From contig OZ037770.1 of assembly GCA_964035545.1 (NCBI GenBank), positions 14,932,642 through 14,996,641 of the forward strand: a DNA stretch of 64,000 nt. Direction: 5' to 3'. The DNA is from Bugula neritina. Lineage: Eukaryota; Animalia; Bryozoa. A program made the position numbers and the translations under genes. This document shows, piece after piece, positions 13,901 through 27,471 of the stretch. Under the pieces are notes generated by a model, which saw only the letters and a program-made list of their open reading frames with translations, was not told the origin of the DNA and made no database searches. Position 1 is the stretch's first letter, and each line of letters opens with the position of its first letter.

Positions 13901-16505
13901 CCCCACCAGGTAATAATGGAATATCATCGATGATGTATTGAATTGGTAGCATTCAAAGTTAAAGCTCCAGTTGTTTGAGAGTATTCATGCTATACAAAAG
14001 AATTTTCACTACACACATTCTAAGTCTAGAATTAAGAGCCAAGATAAAAAATATCACCTGATTTTTAAGATCCAATCATTGTAAAGAAGTTAAAGTATGT
14101 CAAAAAGTGGAACTAGAAAAACTTTGGCAACGCCAGCTCTAGCACTTGTACCAGGATGAGTTTAAAACTAGCTAGCTAAAGTTATATCTATTTACTGTAT
14201 AAATATTATTATATTATTATTATATATTATATATTTGAACAAACCTTGAGCCTTTAATATTAGCCATGATTGTAGAATTGCTTACATATTATATTATTGG
14301 GTATAAAATATATAGATTGAATTATATGAGGTAGTTGAATAAATTCCAAAAATGGTACGTGAGTTAAAAGGCCTTTATTATAACTGTTATTTTTCTAATA
14401 AGAAAAGTTCACAACTGCCGCCAAAGAGAATTATGGTTTTTATAATATATTTTCTCAAATATAATTGGCAGCTTGTTATATTATCTTTAACAACTCATAC
14501 AAAGCAATATGTTTTGTATTATATCATTTATTATCATCAATCACTAACTACAGCTATTTTTGTGATACTTTTTGTCCGTTATATTTTCATAATGTTTTCA
14601 GTACAGTTGAGAGTTGGCATAATTATATAGTTACAGGCCATCAGTTATTAAATATATTTATCTAGTGTAAACACAAATCACAATGAAGTCAATATTTCTT
14701 ACTATCTAAACTCTAAAGTATCTTCAGTCTATCAAATTTAATTGAACAAAAGCCAACCACTGTTTGAGTGTGTATTGATTGTAGCTTTTAAATTGTATCA
14801 GCAAGCCTAGCTACCTTGTAACTAATAAAGCATTGGTAACAACAATCAAGATAATAATATCGTTTAAGGGTGGCAGTGGAGAAATTTAGGAAGCCTAAGT
14901 TCTTCAGCTTTATTACTAAATTTTGGTTTGGAGTGCGGTTGAAAATGTTCTATAACAGAAATTAAAATTGTTGAAAGAAACTAGGCAACTATTATCTTAC
15001 CTAGTAAGAATATTATATTGTTCGAGAGCTATGCAAGTGTAAGCACTAGGGGAGTAGTGAACTGGATGAGGAAAGAGACGCTATGACTTAGCATTCCTTA
15101 TAAAATGAGGATCGCTATCATACATAGGTTGTTAAATCAGAACTTGTTCTCATCAGCAAACTCATAATGATTTCGAACTAATAAATTATAGGGAAGATTT
15201 TCCAAGATATACGTAACTTCAGCAAAGAAAGTTTATAATATGTCTAATTGCATAAAACAATCATATTGACAATAGTATGTTTTAACAACAATGGGGGAAC
15301 TTGTGTGAAAGCTAGTTACATTAGCAGTGCACTTGGAACAAGCCTAGAAGACTCTGTAACTCTGTTTTGCAAATCAGTTTGAAATATTTATCACGTTGCT
15401 GAGCTACGACTAATGCATGCTTTTGTTCTCAAATATCATTTGTCTATATTTTGTCTTGATAAACAAAGGGGCGTTTGTTTTCCATAACATCATAGAATTG
15501 AACAAAACATTTTTTTCTGACAGCAAAAGCTGGATAGATTAGGACAACAAAAGGAAATGCAATATAACAAAGGTGGTCATCATTTTGTTATTAGCTTAGA
15601 TATATGATATTTCTCTCAGTAAAAGATGCTTTGAAGGGATTGATTTGGAGAAACTGTACATGCAGCTGTGCCAAGCTACACCCAAGTACCAAGGCTTACT
15701 AAGTGTATGGGGGTGCAGGGGGGGGCAGTTTATAGGGGCGTCTTGGGGGTAATGTACTGGTGTGGTGTGTAGGGATAGTGTGTAGGGGTGGGGTGTGTAG
15801 GAGGTGTAGTGTATAGGGGCAGTATGGGATAGCGTGCATGTAGCGAGTTGAATAATAGCAAATGTAAGAAGATGGCATTTTGGTTTATTGTTTTATAAGC
15901 ACTAACAGGTTCAAGTTTGTCCCTTTAATTAACAGCCCAATGACACATTTTCTAATTTTACTTGCACAAGTTTTCGTAGTTTTAAGAAGTGATCTGAGTG
16001 ATCTAGACGGATGATCATACAAAATAAAATGGGACTTTAGGAGCTATAGTGAGATGTCGTCACTAGCATTATGTGACACCAGTGATTAGCTAGGATGTAG
16101 GCTAGAGTTCTAACAGAATCTGTGGTGACCTCAGGAAGGGCATCTACTTGGTGTGACACAGTTCTAACCTAACTTAAAACTCTTACTATCAGGAATGGAG
16201 GATCTAATGGAACAGAGTGATCAAAAATATTGAGACCTGTTGTTCAAGATGCAAAAATAACTATTATTCTTTTCAAAAAGCAACTTAAAAAGTTTTTCTT
16301 TTAGACACAAAATATATTTTTGTTATTTCATCAGTACAAAACAGTAGAAAGGTAAATTTAAAATTATGTTATAAAATTTAATGAAATCACACACAGAACT
16401 TGGTTGAAAATAAATAGTTTACTATACATAACTATCTTTAAATGAATTACCCTACAAAACCAGGATGAATACATTTTGAGTGTCTCAGATTTTACATTTT
16501 CTTGT

Positions 16506-16939
16506 TTAAGATCTCTCAATTTCCGGTAGTCCAGGTAAATCAGCTTCTACTTCCCTAGCCTGCTGGACCATGGCGCAGAATGGACAGAACAAGCTAGATA
16601 CGCAATCACCTCCAAAGGAGCCGTCAATGCCCTGTTTCTCTCTCACCAGTTGTCTTTGTTTGGCAAAGGCGTACCAGTTAAGCAACGGAACCATAGACGC
16701 GCATCCACATTTCACACACGAACCTTCTTCTACCTAAAATAAAATAGTTTTAAGTTTTTGAAAAGAACCTAAGCTAAGGAAAGTAAAGCAAATTTATCAA
16801 AAATAGTTACACAGTTCTAGAAATTAAATTTTACCTTTTCATGTGTTTTTCCGAAAGCGTAACACGGCACGACGTAACTGACTAGGCAAACCTTACAGTT
16901 TCCAAAGCAGCCAAAAAGACCGTTTTTCCATTCAGCCAT
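16506..16939 (-). CDS. PLAC8 / cornifelin family cysteine-rich protein, 110 aa, two exons
   Basis: Exons 16939-16835 (MAEWKNGLFGCFGNCKVCLVSYVVPCYAFGKTHEK) and 16733-16506 (...RQLVREKQGIDGSFGGDCVSSLFCPFCAMVQQAREV...). WxxGLFGCF, R-xx-x-R-xxx-GI-x-GS-xxx-DC and FCPxCAxxQxxRE are PLAC8-domain signatures. Confidence 0.93.
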
Positions 16940-18139
16940 TTTGATTTATCAAGCTCTATAGTTGCAAGGTAATGGCGACTGTTGCTTTGACTGGAGCTTC
17001 AAGGTAAATGTGTGCTCACATATAATATATGTTTATCTTGAATGAGTAACCAAATCCATAGTTCATTGTTAGGAGCTACACGCATCTATTGCCTTTATGT
17101 TTGAAAGAGTATTCTACATTCATTGTCAATAGCAACAGCTAATTATTTTATCAAAGACACATAACACTTGTTAATAAAAAGATAATATTTGTCTATAATG
17201 CTAAAGTTGGCTTTGATGGGAAAGATAACTTCTAAATGTAGTGAATAATGTTACAAGGTAAAATTGGTTTATTGAAAGTATACATGAAATTTCATACTTT
17301 GGAATCATATTTCAAATTAGTATCGTATATGCCAAGATGCTAAATTTAATTTGCAAGTTGGCATTCTAAAAGGAAAAAAAGGCATTACATATAGCCTAAT
17401 ACAATATTTACATTTTAATGTTTACAAACATCTTGACAATGACATATTATATAAATTGAGTGAATGGTGATTTTGATTGGTGATCATGTTAATGTACTGC
17501 AATATAGGCTATATACAGCCTACGTGTGTGGTTAGGTAAAAATCACACACAAGTTTTTTATTGTAGTTTACTTTTATGACAGTGCTTAACATTGAATTAT
17601 ATATGGGTTTGATAGCATGATAGCCCTAATTTGATAAATAATGCTGGTCATATTCTCAGTTCATCATTACCATTTTTGCTGGTTTGCTTCTTAAGATTTA
17701 TTTAAATGTTCATAAAAAACTTGAGGGCCAAAAATAAGTGAAAGTTACTCGAAACATGCAGAATCATAGTTATGCGAGTTTATATTGCACCGAGTTGTTT
17801 GCTCTTTGTTTAGTTAGACGGTGGCTGTGATATTACACTAAATTACTGTCACAAAATTTTAAAATTTCTTAACTTTTTTTGTAGTAAATACATTGTGTTT
17901 AAATTGCTTTAGTTTAAAAAAATTATTATTTAAATTAACTTGTAAATATTATTGCCGATGAAATACGCATATATATCGTTTCCTGCGAGTCTAGTGTTTT
18001 CTACTAAAAAGCGAAAGCCCACTATTTTAAGTTTTTAAGGTTACTTATTCAAGTTATTGCTTAACTTTCTCCTAATATTGTCGTTAATGGTTTATAATTG
18101 TACTAATGGTAATGTTAGATCTAATCTATAATTATCTAA

Positions 18140-18600
18140 TGCTATAAATTAGTACTTTGCCAATAGTAATACTAATACTGAGTAATAGTTTAATAGTAAT
18201 AGTATTAAACTATTATTACTATTACTATTAGACTTAGTATTACTATTAGTATTACTATTAGTATTAGTACAAGTATTACTATTCCTATTAGTATAAATAT
18301 TATTATTACTAATAGTAAGTGCTTGTACTGATAGTATTAGCTTAAGTACTATTATTAGACTAAGTAATACTAATAGTAATACTAGTAATAGTAAGACTTC
18401 TACTTCTAGTTTAAGTTATACCTAATGGCTAATTCTATATTTCTAGACTGTAGTTATAGTTTTACTATTAGTATTAGTATTAGTACTAAAATTAGTTGTA
18501 GTATTACATTTGCTATAACAGTACTACTAATAGTAATAGTAATACTCTATCAGTAAAAAATATAATAGTATTTATATTGTTCATAGTAATACTGATAGTG
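18140..18600. repeat. Low-complexity TAGTAT/TACTAT/TAATAG block
   Basis: Direct reading; the hexamer occurs in both orientations. Confidence 0.8.
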
Positions 18601-18707
18601 ATCCTAATTATTTAAGTAAAATTCAAATATTTTTTCTAAACAGATCAATGATTTGGTTTTCTATTAAATTTTGTTTTCAATATATTTTAGGGTCAACCAT
18701 AGCAGCA

Positions 18708-21700
18708 ATGTCAGTCGCGGACATCATAGACTGTCTACAGAAAATGGTTCAAGCTGGATTTGGTAAAATTCATGATTCGATTTGAATATAAAATTTAAAA
18801 CAGTCTGATTAGGTTGTACTCACTACTTGGCAGTTATTAGCCAATCATATGACATTCTGTAATTCAGTCACTCACCCATTCGCTCACTCATTCAATCACT
18901 CATTTACTCACTCACTCACTCACTCACTCACTCACTCACTCATTTACTCACTCATTCACTCACTCACTATTCAACAGTACTTTATTTTGATATAGACTAC
19001 CTATAAAGTGTAGATTACTATTTATTGTGTGTTGATTGAGTTCTTAGCTACTCATGGAACATATTTCAATAAACTCTGTATTGAGTTTCATATTGATAAA
19101 TATGTTTTTATTTAGTTGATGATTTACAGTTATTCCAATCCTTTAATTTTTTTCTTTTTCTTGTTTTTTAGAAGGACTGAGAGATAAGCAGGACTTGTTA
19201 GTATCAACGTTGACTCAACTTTCAAAGAACTGTGATCAAGCAATTGTCTTACTTCAGCAATATTCTAGTTGGTAGATAAAGATTTTTTCTCCTCATTTCT
19301 GGAATTTTAGCAGAATTTTTTAATAGAATATATTTATGGTAATTAATCAGCCAACTGGGCGTTGATACTTCTTATTCTCATTAGAAATATATTTCTGAAA
19401 TGTTTATGTTGCATAAGGTTTTAACGGGTAACTTAAAGTTTGCATCTACTAGGTCATGCTGCATCTACTATTTCGTATCATATTTAATAATGTGTATTAT
19501 ATTTAGTAGTTAATGTTATATCTAATGGTTTGTATTGCATAAATTTACTAGTTCTTATTATATCTAACAGTTTATGCTATATCTACTGGTTTGTATTGTT
19601 TGTACATGTAAATAAATTCACCATGCCAACCTCTACGTACACAACCCGGAGTGAGCTGAAGCAATTCAAGCATTTCTAGATATGGATGTTCAACTATAGT
19701 CTGACGTATGCAGCCAAGCTTTTGACTCACCCCAAGACTTGACTTGACTATGTTTAATATTGTTTTGTTTACAGTAGAGTGTGGAGCTGAGATATTTGTC
19801 AGTGAAAACTCAGTTGATCATGTGACCCAACCCAGGCATGTGACCGGGAATGATCATGTGACCGGGAATGATCATGTGACTAGTAGATACATACGCTTAG
19901 TCTACTGGCTGCTAGCAAAGTTAAACTCTACAATCAAACAGGAAGTTGACTTGTTTGACGCACGGCAGTCAGAGAATCTGCCCTCCGTAAAGAACGAGCA
20001 CACGGCGCCTCCTCTCCGCCCGGACGTGCTGAGCATAAGTAAGTAATGCTGTGAGACTTGTTATACCTTCTCAACATGTTGTCCTTCTGTGTTTAGTTGA
20101 CGTATTGTGATACCAGCTAGCTGTGGCCATTGAGTGAAGTCATACATGTGTATACCATGCATTATCTTACTCTTACCTGTAGACTGGTAAAACACCAGTG
20201 TTTCTGATAATTATGCCATAGAATGTCGGAGTTATCCTTCCAGTCAATATATTTTTGTAGACCACCAGTCTATCTTGGCCAAAGTGTACCAGTTTGTGAT
20301 AGCTCTTGCAGTAATTCCTCACTTGCCTGCTGGTGTGGGGGTACCCATAGGCACCCGCAGTAAATTTGGGCATATAGTTAGCTCCCTGGTTAAACCAAGC
20401 AAGGAACGTCTGATGTCTAATGTTACTGAACTTCTTGAGTTAATACAACCCAGCAACGTTCGTAAGTGAAGACAACTCCTGTGTTTCTTCATTCATACTC
20501 TGCATAACAAGCATGTCTTGTAAATGTTTTTAGCATCAGCTTTCAATGTTGATTGTATTATTATTTAATATATATTATATTATTGAATATATATTGTATT
20601 ATTATTTAATGTATATTATAATATTGTTTAACATATATTGTATTATTGTTTAATATATATATATTGTAATATTATTTAATATATAATATTGTATTATTAT
20701 TCGTTTTAGGTTCGGTCTTTATGGCCAAGCACACTGGAGATCTCATGGCAGCTCTTGCATGGCTGAGTCAGTCACATGACACATCTAGCGTGTCACATGA
20801 CACATCTAGCGTGTCACATGACACATCTAGCGTGTCACATGACCACTCAGGTGACAAGGAGAAAGCCTCCTACTTCAGACAATGTCTGGAAGATCTTATG
20901 ACCAGGAGTTATCCCCCAGTTATTGTGAAAGAGCTCCTGATTCTGCAGAGTGCGGGCCGGGGAAAAGTAGGAACTCATTCTATAGTACTAGCTGTAGTAT
21001 TGCAGCTTCACATTCTCTGCTGTAAACATAATTCACGATGGTTTTACTTGCTAGTGTTTACTCAACTTTCACGTGATGTAAATAGACTCTCGTTACATAA
21101 CCAATACAGTTCAGGCTGTCCATATAAATACACAAGGCAGTGAAATAATACATGTATATGATGTTGTAGAGAAGATAAAATAGCCAAGTGTTCTAGTTAT
21201 TCATTTCCTTCATAATCATGTCTTTAGGCTGATAAACTGCCACCTTGTTTGACACCCTGCGCTAAGTGTGCGCAGGTTGAGTGACACTGATGTGTTTGTG
21301 TAGACTCCCCACTGGCTGAGGGCGCTGTGTGGGTATCATCTCACTAAGATACTCGTGTCACCAAGCGGTGTCAGCTCTATCATTGCTGGTATGATCACCG
21401 TGGAAACAGACGACTGGCAACAGTTTAAGATGGTGGGGCGTGTGATAGCCACCCCTCCCAGAGGCTGGACAGCTCAGCGGTACTACAAGCTAATTGCTCC
21501 TCAGGTAATTTGCTAAACACTGTCTTCCATATTGACTTTAAATTCTAAATTCTAGTTCATTCTGCCCATAATGCTCTGTAATACTTCATGTGAAATTAAT
21601 GTAAATAGTTATGATGGAGTTATATTATAGTAAAGCTGGAAAAGTATTGAGTATCTATACTGCAGCTGTATGTTGACATGTGTCGCAGGTGCTCTCACTG

Positions 21701-24700
21701 CTCTATAACTTGTCACATGGTGTCTATACTGCAGCTGTATGTTGACATGTGTCGCAGGTGCTCTCACTCCTCTATAACTTGTCACATGGTGTCTATACTG
21801 CAGCTGTATGTTGACATGTGTCGCAGGTGCTCTCACTACTCTATAACTTGCCACATGGTGTCTGTACTGTAGCTGTATGTTGACATGTGTCGCAGGTGCT
21901 CTCACTACTCTATAACTTGTCACATGGTGTCTGTACTGTAGCTGTATGTTGACATGTGTCGCAGGTGCTCTCACTGCTCACCAACGTTGACCACTCCATA
22001 TCTAGACAGTACAGCAGAGTGTGTGCCGCCACAATGTCGTGTGTATCAACTGCACATCCTGACTTGATGCGTCATCTCTTCTGGCAGCCACTAACTTGTG
22101 ATATTCTCTCTACGTCCTCCGACAAACAGGAAGTGTGCTTGAAGACGCTGTGTAAGGTTAGTTATACGCATTGGCTTTGACCTTGACATTTATGCTATAT
22201 ACTTCAACACTTGATTTGTGGTTTTATATTGTTAAATCACATATTTTGTGTATATTTTATTGTCCTGATTGACATGGACATGTAAGAAGTGCGTGTAAAC
22301 CGCTTTTATAATATAATGCTTATTACAGATATGTCTAGTGAACCAACTTTTTAAGTTTGACACGTTTTTGAGTTATCTTTCCTTATTTTAATTTATAATT
22401 TGATAGCCTGAGTAGTATTTAATCTGTTGCTGAGCAACCCTGTGCTGTTTTCAGATAATATGTTTGGCTGCGGAGCCTCGTTCTCATTTACTTCCCCTCT
22501 GCATGCAGATTCTACCCGATATATTCAGTGTTTATCTGCAGAACAAAAGCAGTGTTGTCGTCACTGATACCAGGTAATGTCGTCTTTACCTTTTTACAAA
22601 TGCATTGCTGTTAGACTTGTCTTCTTTCTCCTGTTACCTGCACCTTTTATTCTCACACTAGGCTACTATTTCAGACTATACTGCGAAGAGCTGTTATCGA
22701 CTTGCCTTCAGTTCTCTTCCAACCAATCAGCGAGCAAATTTCTCTATGACATCACCACCACGTCTGCAACTCTTAGTGCAGACGTACTCACTGCTGAGGA
22801 CACTCGCTCTGCGGCCATTTTGTTTTGTGTCAGTAAAGTTAGCGAGTCCAGCGTAGTTCAGAAATTTTTTATTCAACTCTTGGAGGTGCGTTATGTCATA
22901 ACTTCTTGTTTATTTTGGACGTTATTTTTATTAGCACAACTCTAAGAAAGATTCATAACTATTAGCATTGAATTTTAGGTATTTGCTATATAATATCTGC
23001 AAGTGTTTTCAAGTGTGATGTTTACTTTTACCTGAAAATTAGTTGATTTCCTAACTCCTTCCTTAGTCCTTGAACTTGTGCATTTCGTGGAATCGATGTT
23101 TTTTTATCACAAACTAAAAATGTATTTCATTGAATAAAAATAAACATTCAAGTAATAATATTTATGCAATTTCTAGCTTTTCTTGAGCTAATCATTTTTT
23201 TTCCTGTTTTATGTAGAAATTGTCTTCCCTTATGAGTGACTCAACCCCCGATATGGTTAGAACCAATACATTGATAGGGGGAAATAATTCCCCGGATTTG
23301 TCTGGCCTGCTCATAAAATATAGACTCATGTCTTTACTCTCTACTCTTTGCGAGACGGAGAGCAAAGCCTGTCTGCAGCACCCGCAGCATATCATCAAGT
23401 TTGTAAAGGTATAGCCTAACCATTATCCCGTATTACCTCATACTGTATCACATCATACTGTATCACACCATGTCTTCAATATGGAGCCTGCTAAATTGTT
23501 CCCATGGTAACCAAATGTTGTATTCATCTCTTCAAATGTTCTTGTGTTGGGTTTTCAGGCCTCCCTCACCAACTTCATCTCGTGTTGTGAGAATCTCAGT
23601 CTTTCAGCTGATTGCGAGGTTCTGAGTCTCTCTCTCGGTTTGCTAACCGCCATTTTGAGTGGAGCGTCCGATGTCAAAGTGAGTTGCCTTTATGTTTGTC
23701 CTGCATGCAGCCGGAGGGTTTCTTTGTCAGGTCTTTACATATGAAATGTTCTCTTTTCAAATTTATTGCATGACATTCGAAAAGAGCTGATCTGTTATTT
23801 TATTGGTTTGTGAAACATCTAATTTTCACAATATGGTGGAGCTTTAGCTGGTTTTTGACAAAATTTGTTTGAACTAAGCAGGCTGGCACTTGTGACAGGT
23901 TTGTGTCAAAGTTGTGACAGATATCAGTTTGTGTTGACAGTTGAGCAAGGAAGACGTGAATTTGCTGAAAGACCTGGATGATCCCCTCAACAGCATTTCC
24001 CTCTTAGACTGTGTTCCGCCTGATACCAGGGAACTAGCTCTGAATATACGGGTGGCCATAGCCACGCAGGGTCTGGTCTGGTTGAATGATCAACCTCAGG
24101 CAAGCTCACACAAACCGTCTGCTGCAGCATCTGAAGCAGTTGGTCAACTCGTGGAAGAAGTGAAAGACACTTGTGTACCATTTGACGCTAGTATTCAGGT
24201 GCCCTTGTCTGCATGTCAACAGGTTGACACTTCTCAACAGGTTGACACTCCTCAACAAGTTGAGACTTCTCAACAAGTTGACACTCCTCAACAAGTTGAC
24301 ACTTCTCAACAGGTTGACACTCCTCAACAGGTTGACACTTCTCAACATGTTGACACTCGTCAACAGGTTGACACTTCTCAACAAGTTGACACCCATCAAC
24401 AAGTTGACACTCTTCAACAGGTTGACACTTCTCAACAAGTTGACACTCTTCAACAGGTTGACACTTCTCAACTGGCTGACACTTCTCAACAGGTACCAGC
24501 AGATACTGCCTATGGAAAAGCTCTACTGGAACTCAGTGATCATCTAATAGCTGTCAAAGGTCACGCTCTCATTCAAATCACCAGACTCATTCAAAGGTTT
24601 GTCTTTATACTTTGGAACATGGGCTACAAAGGCTCGTTTCTTAAATTTAATGTAAGAGTTGTCTCTCATTTCGCTCCTTTGTACGATGTCTAATGGTGTT

Positions 24701-26238
24701 GTAAAACTTTTTATTGAGTCAAGACATTTGCAAGTAGATTTTACATGTTATTTTTTACATTTCACTTATTTGTTTTTCCCATTTTCAGTAAAGACAAAGT
24801 AACTCTTGACAACAGAAAAGATTTGGTTAATCTATTGGTGCAGCATTTGGCCCATTCTGATACATACATCTACCTGTCGGCTATATCAGGTAACTTATTC
24901 TACCTGTCGGCTATCCTAGATGGGTTATTTCATCTGCTATATATAATTAGACTGCATAGTACAATCTTGCCCTGGCAACTATTTCAACATCCTTTTATTG
25001 TATTCCGTATAGCAGTACGTGTTCCTAATAATGTATTTGTTAAGTTTTGTCGAGTTCAACTAGAAGTTTACTCCACTATTATTCTAAGGGCAGGCAACTC
25101 TGAGTGCTGATATTTGCAGGTCTCGTTGCCCTGGCGGATCATTGTCCTTCTGAGGTGTTATCTGCAGCCTGCAAACAGTACACAGATAATCACCTGGCAG
25201 CTCAGACTAGACTCAAGGTCGGCGAGGTCATAACTAAAGCCACTCGGGGACTCGGTGAGTAGTTACTAAGGCAGCAGCAGTACTAGCAGCAGTAGTAGTA
25301 GTAGCAGTAGCAGTTGTAGTAGCAGTACTAGTAGTAGTAGCAGCAGTACTAGCAGCAGTAGTAGTAGTAGCACTTGTAGAATCTGTACACTATAATTATT
25401 ATAATTTATAATCTCTTCTTTGTAGGAGATTTAGCTCCGGCCTATAGTGATGTAGTTCTACCGGCTGTTCTGATTGGATGCCGTTCAGTAGACGAAACTT
25501 TACGAGCCAGTTCATTGGCTAACCTCGGTGAATTGTGTAAACTCCTCAAGTATGCTATGGGGAATCACGTTCAAGAAGTGAGTATTAACAATCGTCTTTC
25601 CTTTGACTCTAGAAAGTTTCATATTTAGAAGTTGTCCCCTCTGAAGATTTGCATTAGCCTGAGAGCCTATGCTTTGATACAGCACATTGCGGCCGATCAC
25701 GCTTCTCTCTCTTTTTATGAGCTTACAACATGGAGACCCTCCCTCTCTCTAACGTAATCCCAGGATATATATATTCTGTGTCTGACTAGAAACAAACTTC
25801 TGGTGACTTTCAGCTCAGATCTTATTCCTGTTTACTCTCAGGGTCTGCTAGTGGCTATGTGGTTGCTAGCCGACAACAGGCTGCCACACTTCCTATACTC
25901 ATAGTTTTATGTCTCTTATGCAGATTGTGGAGTGTCTCAGTGCCTGCCTCGTCACTTCCTGTCAGTCATCTCGCAAAGGCTCCGCCTACTCCATTTCCTT
26001 GATTCTCACGGAATTGGGAAGTCGCAGTTTCGAGGTACTCGGCGCTGGAAATGTCAGCAAACTATACAAGTCCTTGAAGTCCTGCATCCACTCTGATAAT
26101 GACGAGGTGACTACGCACCATTGTGCAGTGGCAATAGCGTCGCTAGATGCTGTGGTGAAGAAGACATTGTCTGGTGACAGTAGTGGTCGATTAGAGAAGC
26201 GGATATACGTGCTAGATGCCCCGCCTTCTCTGCCCTAA
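18708..26238 (+). CDS. TANGO6: Transport and Golgi organization protein 6 homolog (Rtp1/TMCO7 family, ARM/HEAT repeat), about 16 exons
   Basis: Approximate exons 18708-18762, 19171-19267, 19775-20038, 20261-20461, 20710-20966, 21304-21504, 21965-22156, 22454-22573, 22674-22885, 23217-23408, 23559-23678, 23941-24596, 24789-24889, 25120-25254, 25426-25577, 25924-26238. Family motifs: PDVLSI...QFVIALAVIPHLPAGVGVP, YPPVIVKELLILQ, PHWLRALCG, YYKLIAPQVL, DHLIAVKGHAL...HLAHSDTYIYLSAISG, RLKVGEV, RASSLANLGELC. Confidence 0.9.
18866..18972. repeat. (ACTC)n microsatellite, TANGO6 intron
   Basis: Direct reading. Confidence 0.9.
21653..21975 (+). repeat. 69-bp minisatellite (about 4.7 copies) duplicating a TANGO6 3' splice site
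   Basis: GTCGCAG|GTGCTCTCACT with AG ending at 21688, 21757, 21826, 21895 and 21964. Confidence 0.95.
24217..24495 (+). repeat. 18-bp minisatellite, about 15 copies, in frame as (QQVDTS/P/L)n inside a TANGO6 exon
   Basis: CAACAGGTTGACACTTCT units; frame open throughout. Confidence 0.95.
25270..25375. repeat. (AGC)/(AGT) compound microsatellite, TANGO6 intron
   Basis: Direct reading. Confidence 0.85.
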
Positions 26239-27471
26239 CCCGCCTCCTCTGCTCTAACCCCGCCTTCTCTGCCCTAACTGTTACTTATACAAAGCACGCA
26301 ATTAAGACATTTCTTACTTGTATATACTCTTTTTACGTTTTCTGTCTAAAACTCAAATATTCTGAAATAAAAACTGAAAATTTTGAACAAACGGTTTTAG
26401 CATTTGGTTTATTTTTATAGCCCTGTGACTAGTCATACTGAGTTGATGATGAATTGGCGAGACGTGGTTTATTACACCCGTATGTCTAGTTGTTTGGGGT
26501 AATTGCTTTGTAGGCTACCTTTGTAAGAAAGAAACTGTACAGCTATTATTGCTATTATTCCAACAATATTAAACTTAAGGTTATGAGTTAATTGATGAAC
26601 TTTTCCCACATTTGCTTTATGATAAGCATGAAGCTCGACGTAACCTTCAACATTAAGGCCTTTCTCAATTAGCACTCAGAATGATTATCCTAATTAAACA
26701 TGGCGGTAAGTTGCAACTTCCCTGTTATGTAATGTTATGACATTCACTGTGAAATCAGCTCTTTGATGTTTCACTGTGAAGCTAATAAGATACATGTTAG
26801 GATAACTCCTCAACAGTTAGCACAATAAAACATCTGAAGAATCTTCTTTAGTTCCCACGTTTGTTTTATATTCTGAATATTTAATTATTTTTATAAAATT
26901 AAATAGTTAATGTTATAATATGACTTTCTAGTACAATAATATTATATATAATGTTGCATTATAATAATGCATAAATATAGCATGATAAAATATTACAGTA
27001 AAGTAAGAAAATGTTATATTAAAGTAATATAATGTTAAAGTAATATAATGTTATATTAAGTAATATAATGTTATAGTATAATACTTATAAGCCCACCATT
27101 GCTTTGATATACGTGTACTGTAGAGCTAACACTGATGATATATTCATATAATTGCATAATAGTTTTTTCTAGATATGGCATGAAATATAAATTTATGTTT
27201 TTAATTAAAGCTAACTACACTCAACAAACCATCAGTATAATAAACACAATAGTATTGTATTGCTATCATCTGGTACGGGTATTCCTAAGTCCCAGTCTCA
27301 GCTAGATCACAAGCTACATCAAGATGATTATCTGATCTCAATAGCTTCCGGTCCACAGTAATGCAGCCAACGTTTTGCTTATTTAGTTAAAGTTCATAGT
27401 TTGCTAAATGCTGTGTAATTAAAACAGAGAGACTATAATCAGATGTGAATATCTGTTTATTTTATGTGCAG

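Noticed and set aside
15138-15180. Hammerhead ribozyme-like core on the minus strand (also CTGATGA at about 7430 and 48380)
   Set aside because: CUGAUGA and GAAA-like motifs are present but stem I and the NUH site cannot be formed.
15709-15830. G-rich tract with quadruplex potential
   Set aside because: Simple low-complexity sequence with no supporting context.
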